Of a stretch of 64,000 bases of DNA, positions 8,800-16,087 are shown piece by piece. The position numbers and the translations under genes were made by a program. The DNA is taken from the IMG/VR virus record IMGVR_UViG_3300045988_081376; one strand, given 5' to 3'. The DNA is from a virus. How positions within the stretch are numbered: the stretch's first letter is position 1; every line of letters begins with the position of its first letter. The notes below the pieces were generated by a model. It was not told the DNA's origin and made no database searches. It saw only the letters and a list, made by a program, of their open reading frames with translations.

Positions 8800-8857
8800 C
8801 GTTTGTTTTTGTTGTTGCGCCTATTTCTGCAATTCGCACAATACTAAGGGGTTCTAT

Positions 8858-9199
8858 ATGGATATTTCGACAATGCTTCATAGGGTCGATCTGCTTTTGC
8901 GCGCAAAGGGATTATCAAAAGCTGAATTTTATGGCATGGTGCCAATCTCATCTTCTGCCGTTGCGCAGTGGAATATGGGGCGCACCAAACCGTCTCCGCC
9001 GAAAATCAAAAGGATGGCTGAAATATTAGATGTTGACCCATCTTATCTCGGATTAGGTGATATAGATGGTGAAAAAAAAGAGCCTGCCGCCCAGGAGGGC
9101 AGCAAACTCAATGTGCTGGATCTCAGCGACTTGACGCCTGAGAATCGCGCAAAGGTGCGAGATTATTTTGATCTCGTCGCACGTTCTCAAGATAAGTAA
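8858..9199 (+). CDS. CI-like XRE-family repressor
   Basis: 113 aa. LLRAKGLSKAEFYGMVPISSSAVAQWNMGRTKPSPPKIKRMAEILDVDPSYL (HTH_3). RBS aagggg. Divergent from the Cro-like gene and upstream of the integrase. Confidence 0.8.
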   Translation: MDISTMLHRVDLLLRAKGLSKAEFYGMVPISSSAVAQWNMGRTKPSPPKIKRMAEILDVDPSYLGLGDIDGEKKEPAAQEGSKLNVLDLSDLTPENRAKVRDYFDLVARSQDK

Positions 9200-9321
9200 G
9201 CGCTTTTATTTTGTTTTCCGGTGTCATGCGCTCAAACAGTTCATACACCTCTTTTTGCAGGCCGTCTATCGCATCCATTCTGTTCGCCCTTCTCCTTCTC
9301 TCATTCTGTGTTCCGTTAATA

Positions 9322-9397
9322 CCGGAGCCGCCGCACCAGCCACGAAAGCGGCGGCTCCGGGCATAGCAGATTTTTGTTTCACCGTTGATCTGCTATG
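9322..9397 (+). terminator. Two consecutive strong hairpins downstream of the CI-like gene (terminator or regulatory)
   Basis: 13-bp stem CCGGAGCCGCCGC/GCGGCGGCTCCGG (9322-9360). Then a 10-bp stem CATAGCAGAT/ATCTGCTATG (9362-9397) with a T-run in its loop. Confidence 0.4.
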
Positions 9398-9552
9398 AGT
9401 CTATCGTAGCAAATTTATTCTCGACCGTCTATGAGACAACCTTCCTATCCGTGCGCCATCATCTTCCTATTCGACACGGTCCGACTTTATTCGCTGAGCG
9501 AAAATGACGATGTGCGAAAAAGCGCAGCAAGCAGTAGAAAGGGGCTGAAACA

Positions 9553-10044
9553 ATGCCGGAATGCTTAGAAGAAAATATATCTGATGAAAGCTTGGCTTTG
9601 AAAGAAATATTGAGAGCCAAAAGAGACTTGCTGGGATTATCGAACCAGGCGATAGCAGATGCCGCCGGTCTTTCCGTTCATACGGTCAACAATTACTTTT
9701 CCAGCCGCTCCAAGGCGACCAGCGCTTATGTCGTTCTCCGCATTGCAAAAGCGCTGAATTGTTCGATCGATAATGTTTGCGGAATAGAATCTGACGAAAA
9801 TTCGTCCGATTCGTCAGAGGAAGTGGAATCCATCAACGCTCAGCATCAGGATGAGATCATTGCCATGCAGGAACGCCAGATCAGCGATCTGCGCAAAGAT
9901 AAAAGGGCGGGGCGGTTTGCTATTTATCTTTCGGTTGTCCTCTCCGTGATCGTCCTCATTTATTTCTTCCATTTTGATGTGCCAAATCCCAACTGGGGCT
10001 TTACAAAACTCATGAGGGATTTCTTTTTATGTTTTGCAAAATAG
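9553..10044 (+). CDS. Membrane-anchored XRE-family HTH protein
   Basis: 163 aa. HTH_3-like LGLSNQAIADAAGLSVHTVNNYFSSRSKATSAYVVLRIAKALNCSIDNVCG. Acidic linker, then C-terminal TM FAIYLSVVLSVIVLIYFFHF. Confidence 0.7.
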   Translation: MPECLEENISDESLALKEILRAKRDLLGLSNQAIADAAGLSVHTVNNYFSSRSKATSAYVVLRIAKALNCSIDNVCGIESDENSSDSSEEVESINAQHQDEIIAMQERQISDLRKDKRAGRFAIYLSVVLSVIVLIYFFHFDVPNPNWGFTKLMRDFFLCFAK

Positions 10045-10096
10045 AACATTCGTTCTCCGTCTCTTAACAGCCACGTTGTAGAAGGGTGATAGCAAT

Positions 10097-11233
10097 ATGA
10101 GGAAATGTATAAAATGCGGCACGGAACTGCCGGAAGGAGCCATCTTTTGCCACATTTGTGGGAAGAAACAGGTGCAGGAAAAGCGCCGCGGTCGAATGAG
10201 ACAAAACGGGCAAGGCAACGCTTATCGGCGCGGGTCTACATGGACAGGACGTGCAACAGGATATTCTTATACCGTCGTAGACGAAAATGGTGATGCAAGG
10301 CTAATCCGGAAAAGACCCACGAAGGGCGGCTTTAAAACAAAAACGGCAGCGCTGGAATGGGCGGCCGCACAGGATGTACAGCAGGTGAAGAAGGAGCCAC
10401 CCACCCTATTGGAACTTTGGCAGGGATGGAGCGAGAACGACTTGCTCACTCGCTCGAAGGACAAGCAGATCGCCTACAGAAAAGCACGCGAGCGCATTGA
10501 ACCGATCATTGCAAGAAAAATAAGCGATCTGACTATCGACGACTTACAGTCTACCGTCAACGCCGGAGCAAAATCGTATTACACCGCCCGAGACATGAAA
10601 TCCCTGCTCTCTAATTTGTATCAAAGGGCGATGGCGAGCGGAGGAGGCAACGGATGGGTAACGGTGAATCTTTCCCGCTTCATCGTGCTTCCGGAGCTGG
10701 AAGAAAAAGTGCCAGAGCCGTTTACCGAGGATGAAGTCAGTGCCATGTGGAAAGCGTGGGATGAAGGAAATGTTTTCGTTGGATATATGCTGCTGATGAT
10801 CTATACGTCAATGATGCCCGGAGAGCTGCTTTCGTGCAAAACCGATATGATCGACTATGACCGGCACGAAATTTACGGATGCGGTAAAAAGACAAAGAAA
10901 CGAAAAGATACCCCTATTGTATTCCCTGAGTTCATCGAGCCGGTCCTGAAGGAATTAAGCAAAAAGTCCACCAGCAAAACAGGTAAAATATTCGGTGGAG
11001 ATGAAGGAACCTTCTATTCGGCTTACCATTCCGCTACAAGAGCGATCGGCGTGCGGGACTTAAACCCGTATTCCTGCCGTCACACAACGGCAACAGAGGC
11101 CGTCAAGAAAGGCGTGGAGCTTCCCGTCGTACAGCAGATCATGCGCCACTCTAAACTAGCATCGACGCAAAGATACATCCACGTCTCTACGGAAGCCGCG
11201 CATAAGGCCATCAATCAGCTGACAAAGCAATGA
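10097..11233 (+). CDS. int: Tyrosine integrase with N-terminal zinc ribbon and arm-binding-like domain
   Basis: 378 aa. CIKCGTELPEGAIFCHICG; GNAYRRGSTWTGRA..GFKTKTAALEW (arm-binding-like). Catalytic region CRHTTATEAVKKG..IMRHSKLASTQRYIHV (H-x-x-R..Y). Confidence 0.9.
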   Translation: MRKCIKCGTELPEGAIFCHICGKKQVQEKRRGRMRQNGQGNAYRRGSTWTGRATGYSYTVVDENGDARLIRKRPTKGGFKTKTAALEWAAAQDVQQVKKEPPTLLELWQGWSENDLLTRSKDKQIAYRKARERIEPIIARKISDLTIDDLQSTVNAGAKSYYTARDMKSLLSNLYQRAMASGGGNGWVTVNLSRFIVLPELEEKVPEPFTEDEVSAMWKAWDEGNVFVGYMLLMIYTSMMPGELLSCKTDMIDYDRHEIYGCGKKTKKRKDTPIVFPEFIEPVLKELSKKSTSKTGKIFGGDEGTFYSAYHSATRAIGVRDLNPYSCRHTTATEAVKKGVELPVVQQIMRHSKLASTQRYIHVSTEAAHKAINQLTKQ

Positions 11234-11235
11234 GT

Positions 11236-11292
11236 TTGTAGCCCATTTCTCGTGGGATGTTACAGCGATCGTGTAGCCCATTTTGTAGCCCA
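11236..11292 (+). repeat. Three direct (T)TGTAGCCCA repeats (putative integrase arm-type sites, int-proximal arm)
   Basis: Copies at 11236-11245, 11272-11280 and 11283-11292. The last two form the tandem TGTAGCCCATTTTGTAGCCCA. Confidence 0.7.
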
Positions 11293-11350
11293 CAGAGCAA
11301 AATTAACCAAACCAAATCCAGCCAAAAGTTGCAAAAACATGTTTCGTGAA

Positions 11351-11395
11351 AAATAAGAAAAAACCTTGGAACCATTGAGATTCCAAGGTTTTTCT
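11351..11395. terminator. Bidirectional intrinsic terminator between integrase and att core
   Basis: 10-bp stem AACCTTGGAA/TTCCAAGGTT (11362-11390), flanked by an A-run and a T-run. Confidence 0.75.
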
Positions 11396-11399
11396 GATA

Positions 11400-11463
11400 T
11401 GGCGCGGAAGAGAGGATTTGAACCTCCGCGACGCTTTTTACACGTCCTACTCCCTTAGCAGGG
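11400..11463 (-). other. att core: 3' ~64 nt of a tRNA-Ser(GCU) gene, not a complete tRNA
   Basis: Minus strand reads ACCCTGCTAAGGGAGTAGGACGTGTAAAAAGCGTCGCGGAGGTTCAAATCCTCTCTTCCGCGCCA. That covers anticodon loop CUGCUAA, long variable arm, T-arm, acceptor 3' strand and CCA. No D-arm or 5' acceptor (GCGGAAG) in the adjacent sequence. Confidence 0.8.
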
Positions 11464-11501
11464 TAACAATAACCATTGATTTATCAATGTTTTTTGCCAT
11501 T

Positions 11502-11522
11502 TTGTAGCCCATTTGTAGCCCA
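11502..11522 (+). repeat. Two direct TTGTAGCCCA repeats (arm-type sites, int-distal arm)
   Basis: Copies at 11502-11511 and 11513-11522, in the same orientation as the three copies left of the core. Confidence 0.7.
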
Positions 11523-11561
11523 TAGATTCCGCCATTTTCCTTCTCACCACACTCCCCTACA

Positions 11562-11600
11562 AGTGAGAAAAGGCGAGGGAGTAATATATCTTACTCCCTC
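11562..11600 (-). terminator. Intrinsic terminator ending the 20.7-11.6 kb leftward operon
   Basis: 10-bp stem GAGGGAGTAA/TTACTCCCTC (11575-11600). On minus-strand RNA it is followed by GCCUUUUCUC. Confidence 0.7.
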
Positions 11601-11633
11601 ACTTTCCGGCATTTGAGCATAGTCATTTCTCTG

Positions 11634-11882
11634 TCAGCGGCGCTTACTGCGAACGTTCTCACCATCGATTTCCTTGAATTCCACCTTAGAAACGCGGAAC
11701 CCATTTGGAACGATTACAGAATTTTTTCTGGCTGCATCCCGTTCCGCCATCACGCGCTCGAACTCGAGTTTCAGTGCTGCAAAGCATTCTGCGCAAACTC
11801 CGAGTGATGGCGCGCGCCGAATGTTGTCATCCAGCGCAGACAGCACCGCGCGATCTCTTTCGTTGCATTTATCCGTCATCAT
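11634..11882 (-). CDS. Hypothetical protein
   Basis: 82-aa ORF, last gene before the terminator. Overlaps the upstream gene by 14 nt. Confidence 0.6.
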   Translation of the reverse strand: MMTDKCNERDRAVLSALDDNIRRAPSLGVCAECFAALKLEFERVMAERDAARKNSVIVPNGFRVSKVEFKEIDGENVRSKRR

Positions 11883-12800
11883 TGTCTCCTATCACTATCT
11901 GGCCGTCAAGCTCGCCATCGCCTTTCGCTCCACCATTCAACCACCATTCCATGACGGCCTCTCCGCTCGTGAAGTAAGTAGGCGGCTTATTCATGCCACG
12001 TCGCTCTCTTTCTTCGATCATTTTATTGAACGATCTGACATACTGTTCTCTGTATTTGGGCCAGCGCTCAAACTCTTCTGCCGCACGCGTATTCATTGGG
12101 CAGCCGATGCACCCGACGCGCTTGAAGCCCTCGTCGTACAATCCGCAATATGGCACATCATACTCCTTGATAAATTCCCAAACTTCGTCGTCCGTCCAGT
12201 CTATGATCGGGTTTAAGGTCGTTTTTGCTTTTTGATAGCACTGCTCAACAAGGCGGCGTGTTTCGCCGTTATCGTTGTTTAGAACCACCCCCCCGCACGG
12301 TTGATAAAAAGGGGATTTCCCCTCGATATTCCAGATATTGTCTTAGCTTTAGTCGCAAAAGTTATCAAACCTTGATTTTTCTTCCGGTTCACGCTTTCAT
12401 CCCATCGGACGCCGGTGATGGTAACTCTTCCCTTCCCTCCGGTTTCTTTCAGTTGCGCGCAGCAGTATCGCACAAGGCGCGTCGGCGGCATTAGCTTTTT
12501 GGGGATCAGCGTCCACATGGTAATAGGGTTTCCGTCTTTATCTTTTGGTACATCGCGTGAAACGTCGGGATAAACATCACGGATAAATTGAACGAGCTCC
12601 GGCGGGTCTACGCTCGTTACACGATAATGCGCATCGTATTTCACTCCTGCAAGGTCGCAGAGCTTTTTGACGACTACACTATCTTTTCCGCCGCTGAACG
12701 CCAGATAATACCCATCAGGCGGCTCGAAGTGCTTCAGGCGGTCGATTGCGATCTGAACCTTATCGACCGTTCCGAAGACGGTGTATTCGATCAGCGCCAT
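11869..12800 (-). pseudogene. PAPS-reductase/DndC-like PP-loop ATPase, split into two ORFs by a frameshift at a G7 (plus-strand C7) tract
   Basis: ORF 12279-12800 carries YYLAFSGGKDSVV (PP-loop) and VRWDESVNRKKN. ORF 11869-12288 continues with NPIIDWTDDEVWEFIKEYDVPYCGLYDEGFKRVGCIGCPMN. The C-run is 12288-12294. One extra G would fuse the frames. Confidence 0.75.
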
Positions 12801-12803
12801 TCT

Positions 12804-12926
12804 TTACTCCTTCCTGTCTTCATAGCGGCACACGCCATCAGTATCCGGCACCGGGCAATAGTCGGCACATACCGGGCAATCATCATTGACGCAAATTTCA
12901 TCCATGCACCACTTACAATCAGGCAT
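12804..12926 (-). CDS. Small Cys-rich protein (40 aa)
   Basis: MPDCKWCMDEICVNDDCPVCADYCPVPDTDGVCRYEDRKE. ATG at 12926 overlaps the upstream stop (ATGCCTGA). Confidence 0.5.
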   Translation of the reverse strand: MPDCKWCMDEICVNDDCPVCADYCPVPDTDGVCRYEDRKE

Positions 12927-13206
12927 TTTTATCAATCCTTTCCCGCAGCCGCCGAACCTTAAAGGCTCGCAGCTCCTCCACCGCGTCCTCGACCTTAAAC
13001 TCGATTGCCATCTGGTCGAGCATGATCCCGACATCGGCGATCTCTTCGGCAATGTTAACAAGTGTGTCGCCGTCAATGCGTCCACGCAGGAATTTGCACA
13101 GCACGTCCTGCAACTCGGCCGTTTCTTCAAAAACCATCGTGATTTGATTTTGACTGCCAAACACGCGCAGCGCGTCAAGAAATACCTTTCTCTCTTCTTC
13201 AGTCAT
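12919..13206 (-). CDS. MazG-like nucleotide pyrophosphohydrolase
   Basis: MTEEERKVFLDALRVFG..MVFEETAELQDVL..NIAEEIADVGIMLDQM (two EExxE/D metal-binding helices). aggag RBS before the Met at 13206. Confidence 0.7.
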   Translation of the reverse strand: MTEEERKVFLDALRVFGSQNQITMVFEETAELQDVLCKFLRGRIDGDTLVNIAEEIADVGIMLDQMAIEFKVEDAVEELRAFKVRRLRERIDKNA

Positions 13207-13250
13207 CGAATTTCTCCTGTTCAATTTTAATTATGCGCTCACCGCTGTCT

Positions 13251-13751
13251 TTACTCCTGGCGCGCCAGTTTTCTTTTCGCCCACCCCCGCAGGTTCCTCC
13301 ATGGGTGAGCTTCTGCATAGTGTGCGCGCTCTCGTGCATTCAAAAGATCGTCATGCAGATTCTGCGCGCTTCTCATCCATTCGAAAAGGTCTTTCGTTTG
13401 CTGGTCTCTTTCCACCTTCATGGTAGCAATGCACGCGTTTGCCCGCCCAAGCGCCGCCTCGGTGTCAGCAAGCTTGTTTCGCAGCGCATCTGCGTCCGCT
13501 TTCAGGTTTGCGATCTCGTTCGCCTTGTTGATGGCTTCGCCGTTCATCTGGTCAAGCTGCTCGGTCAGGGTGGCGTTCTTTCGCTGCATTGCCGCCTTTA
13601 GGTTCGCATACTCGGCGATCAGATCATTCTTTTCGTCGATGCAGTTTTTCAGCTCGACGTTCTCTGCTTCAAGCGCCGCAGTTTTTTCCTGCGCGTCCTC
13701 CACCATCTTCGCCATCTGTTCTTTGGTGTACTTCTTCACATTGATGCTCAT
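13251..13751 (-). CDS. Coiled-coil hypothetical protein
   Basis: 166-aa ORF with a heptad-rich sequence (ALEAENVELKNCIDEKNDLIAEYANLKAAMQRKNATLTEQL). Confidence 0.65.
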   Translation of the reverse strand: MSINVKKYTKEQMAKMVEDAQEKTAALEAENVELKNCIDEKNDLIAEYANLKAAMQRKNATLTEQLDQMNGEAINKANEIANLKADADALRNKLADTEAALGRANACIATMKVERDQQTKDLFEWMRSAQNLHDDLLNARERAHYAEAHPWRNLRGWAKRKLARQE

Positions 13752-13912
13752 AATTTGGCTCCTTTCATTCGCATCTGTTCTTCCCGTCCCCGGTCGCTCG
13801 TGATGCTCACGACCTTGCAGTCGCCGTATCGCTCGATGTCCATGGCGATGCGCTCCTTGATTCCCTGCGCGTCAGCGGCGGAGCCGTTGGCTTTAATCGT
13901 GATCGTCAGCAT
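13748..13912 (-). CDS. Small hypothetical protein (54 aa, below ORF-track cutoff)
   Basis: Own translation: MLTITIKANGSAADAQGIKERIAMDIERYGDCKVVSITSDRGREEQMRMKGAKL. Its stop overlaps the next ATG (ATGA). Confidence 0.45.
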   Translation of the reverse strand: MLTITIKANGSAADAQGIKERIAMDIERYGDCKVVSITSDRGREEQMRMKGAKL

Positions 13913-14160
13913 TTTGGGTCTCCATTGTCTTGAGCCTTATTCGTTTTTTCCCTCCACTCGATATATGCCTTTCTATTCATGCGGTATTCGTAGATCAGGC
14001 TCTCTGCTCGGAGGATATCCCTCCACTTATTACTTGCGGCTACCCAAGCCAACCCGGCGGCATAAACTGCCAATCCAAGAACGATTGCCACCAACGCAAC
14101 GCCGCCAATAAGCATAAATGCCGCGCCAATATTCACCATCACACTATCTATCATTCGCAT
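13906..14160 (-). CDS. Small membrane protein
   Basis: 84 aa. Hydrophobic stretch VMVNIGAAFMLIGGVALVAIVLGLAVYAAGLAWVAA. Confidence 0.6.
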   Translation of the reverse strand: MRMIDSVMVNIGAAFMLIGGVALVAIVLGLAVYAAGLAWVAASNKWRDILRAESLIYEYRMNRKAYIEWREKTNKAQDNGDPKC

Positions 14161-14429
14161 TCACCTCCGTCCTTCGGTTCGCCGTAGCTGCAAAAACCGT
14201 TCTTGCCAACATTGCGCCTATTGCATGGCGAATATCTGTTGTGGCACGTCAGCGTCCCCGGCTTCCCATACCTCTGGGTAAACTCGGACGGCAATGTGCT
14301 GTGCTTGCAGTCCTTGCACCGAGTAACGACCTCTGGAAAGGCCGTACTGTCCCGCAGCTTTTTCGCCACAAAGGTCGCCCCGCAATTTTCCGCGAAGGCG
14401 GCGGCCGTATCAGCGTCGATTAAGCGCAT
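14151..14429 (-). CDS. Cys-rich hypothetical protein
   Basis: MRLIDADTAAAFAENCG...RCKDCKHS..CHNRYSPCNRRNVGKNGFCSYGE. ggaggtg RBS before the Met at 14429. Confidence 0.6.
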   Translation of the reverse strand: MRLIDADTAAAFAENCGATFVAKKLRDSTAFPEVVTRCKDCKHSTLPSEFTQRYGKPGTLTCHNRYSPCNRRNVGKNGFCSYGEPKDGGECE

Positions 14430-14694
14430 TGCTGTCACCTCCGTCCATCTTCGCCCCACATGCGGGGCAGTAATTGTTCTTGCGGTTGTTCCACATATCG
14501 CAGCACGTTGATACATACCCCTCGGCAACAGTCGTTCCGCTTCGATAGTGCGTTACCCACCGCCCATGCACTACCGGCGCAACGTCGGCAGCGGGGATAC
14601 TGTTGATTTCCTGCGTGCAGATTTCTGGATTTTCGTACCGACGTGTGATTAAATCAATCACAGCTTCTCGCTTAATGTATTCACCCATTGTCAT
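14410..14694 (-). CDS. Cys-rich hypothetical protein
   Basis: M(TM)GEYIKREAVIDLITRRYENPE...STCCDMWNNRKNNYCPACGAKM. Start at 14694 or 14688, after ggaggagg. Confidence 0.6.
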   Translation of the reverse strand: MTMGEYIKREAVIDLITRRYENPEICTQEINSIPAADVAPVVHGRWVTHYRSGTTVAEGYVSTCCDMWNNRKNNYCPACGAKMDGGDSNALNRR

Positions 14695-15191
14695 ACCTCC
14701 TCCACATAGCACCAGCTCTGCGGCGCGCGCTTGATGTCATATGGCGCTGCGCCGAATCTCGTATTGCGTAGACCTGTAAACTCGCTCAGTTCGCGCGGCG
14801 TGTCGTAGATTTTTAGGTTGGAGATATGCCAGCCGTAACCGACATTTTCGCCGAGGTAGTTTCCGAACTCTTCTGAGGTTAAGCAAGTATCTTTGAGCCG
14901 ATTGTCGAGCTGCTTCCCGCTATCGTCCCAGAATCCGCAGATGTTCACACGGGTAATTGCGTCGCAGATAAACTCCCCGATGACCTTGCCGCCGCCGTAA
15001 AACTGTGGCCTTGGATAGTCCGTCGCAATGAAGTCCTCGTGCGGATATTTGGGCAGCGTGCAGTAGATATAGCACTTAAACGGCGTTTTCAGCTTTGGGC
15101 GCGTCTTGCGCACTTCAATCGTCTTTTCACCGCTGGCGATCTTCTCCACCCACTTCGGGCGGATGCTCAACATAACAGCTTTACTCATCAC
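14691..15191 (-). CDS. ASCH-domain protein
   Basis: 166 aa. KAVMLSIRPKWVEKIASGEKTIEVRKTRPKLKTPFKCYIYCT matches the ASCH/PUA-like fold pattern. Confidence 0.7.
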   Translation of the reverse strand: MMSKAVMLSIRPKWVEKIASGEKTIEVRKTRPKLKTPFKCYIYCTLPKYPHEDFIATDYPRPQFYGGGKVIGEFICDAITRVNICGFWDDSGKQLDNRLKDTCLTSEEFGNYLGENVGYGWHISNLKIYDTPRELSEFTGLRNTRFGAAPYDIKRAPQSWCYVEEV

Positions 15192-15535
15192 TCCACCTCC
15201 TGCATCCAGAACTCGCGGTGGCAGTCAGAGCACAACCGGTTTGAACAATTCCCGTATCTGATTCTGCAATCAGCGGAAATGCGTTTTGGGCATACCGCCA
15301 AGTACCCAAATGTGTCAATTTCCGTCTCCGGATACTGCTCCAGAAACACGCTCTGCCGCGTCTTGAGCGGGTGCTCCTTCGACCACTGCTCAACGGCAGC
15401 AATGATTTTCTCGTACTCTTCATCGGGTGCGCTGGTGCCAAGGCCACATCCAGCTCTTTTAAGTGGGCAGCCCTCGCAATGCTTGCATAAGTTGCACATT
15501 CTCTTCCGTTCTCTCAAAAATTCTAATGCGTCCAT
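15188..15535 (-). CDS. Cys-rich hypothetical protein
   Basis: MDALEFLRERKRMCNLCKHCEGCPL...CSNRLCSDCHREFW. ggaggt RBS 7 nt before the ATG at 15535. Confidence 0.6.
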   Translation of the reverse strand: MDALEFLRERKRMCNLCKHCEGCPLKRAGCGLGTSAPDEEYEKIIAAVEQWSKEHPLKTRQSVFLEQYPETEIDTFGYLAVCPKRISADCRIRYGNCSNRLCSDCHREFWMQEVE

Positions 15536-15574
15536 AATAGTTACCTCCAATTTTTGTTTTGTTAATTGGATTAG

Positions 15575-15763
15575 TTACAAGAGCATGAGCTCTTCAAGAG
15601 ATAGTTCATTTCGCGCAACTGCCAAAACCTGTCTGTCTGTTAAGCCGTACTTATCTCTCAACGGCACTAAAATTGCGCACATGTTCTTCTTAGTAAAAAG
15701 CACTTCTCCAGATGTAAGCTTTCTGTAAGCCTTCTGAATTTCCACAGCTGCTTCTAACTGCAT
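15575..15763 (-). CDS. Hypothetical small protein
   Basis: 62-aa ORF in operon orientation. Confidence 0.5.
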   Translation of the reverse strand: MQLEAAVEIQKAYRKLTSGEVLFTKKNMCAILVPLRDKYGLTDRQVLAVARNELSLEELMLL

Positions 15764-15822
15764 AATTTAGTAATCTCCTTTCAGTTGATGGATTGATGAA
15801 ATGATCCGTGCAGCGCACCTTG

Positions 15823-15900
15823 TCAAGAATCAGTTCTCTTGTTCCACTCTTTGACAGCAGATTCTTTCGTGCGCCCTCTTAAAAATTCTAAAGCGTCCAT
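15823..15900 (-). CDS. Very small ORF (25 aa), a truncated duplicate of the 5' end of 15188-15535
   Basis: MDALEFLRGRTKESAVKEWNKRTDS. About 25 nt including the RBS nearly match 15510-15548. Confidence 0.3.
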   Translation of the reverse strand: MDALEFLRGRTKESAVKEWNKRTDS

Positions 15901-16087
15901 CTTTACCTCCCTAAAATTTAAAGCTCTCTCTGAGCTTATTCCCGTTGATATCCGCCTCCGCCGTAAAGTAGCGGTGCGCTCGTTGATGTATACGATTCTG
16001 CCGTGTACGGTTTGAGCTTTTCGAAACCGCAAATGCCGCTCGCGCCCTCAAAGGCTGCGGGTGTCCAGCTGTATGTGTCTCCGGTGT

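Noticed and set aside
9139-9286. A 51-aa minus-strand ORF (MDAIDGLQKEVYELFERMTPENKIKALTYLENV..) convergent with, and overlapping, the 3' end of the CI-like gene.
   Set aside because: It has no clear RBS, is short, and overlaps a well-supported gene. The similarity of its TPEN motif to the CI C-terminus may be coincidental.
11400-11490. A complete tRNA-Ser gene on the minus strand.
   Set aside because: Only the anticodon loop to CCA portion is present. The ~30 nt where the D-arm and 5' acceptor should lie (..acattgataaatcaatggttattgt..) have no complementarity to the 3' acceptor strand CTTCCGC. It was called an att core fragment instead.
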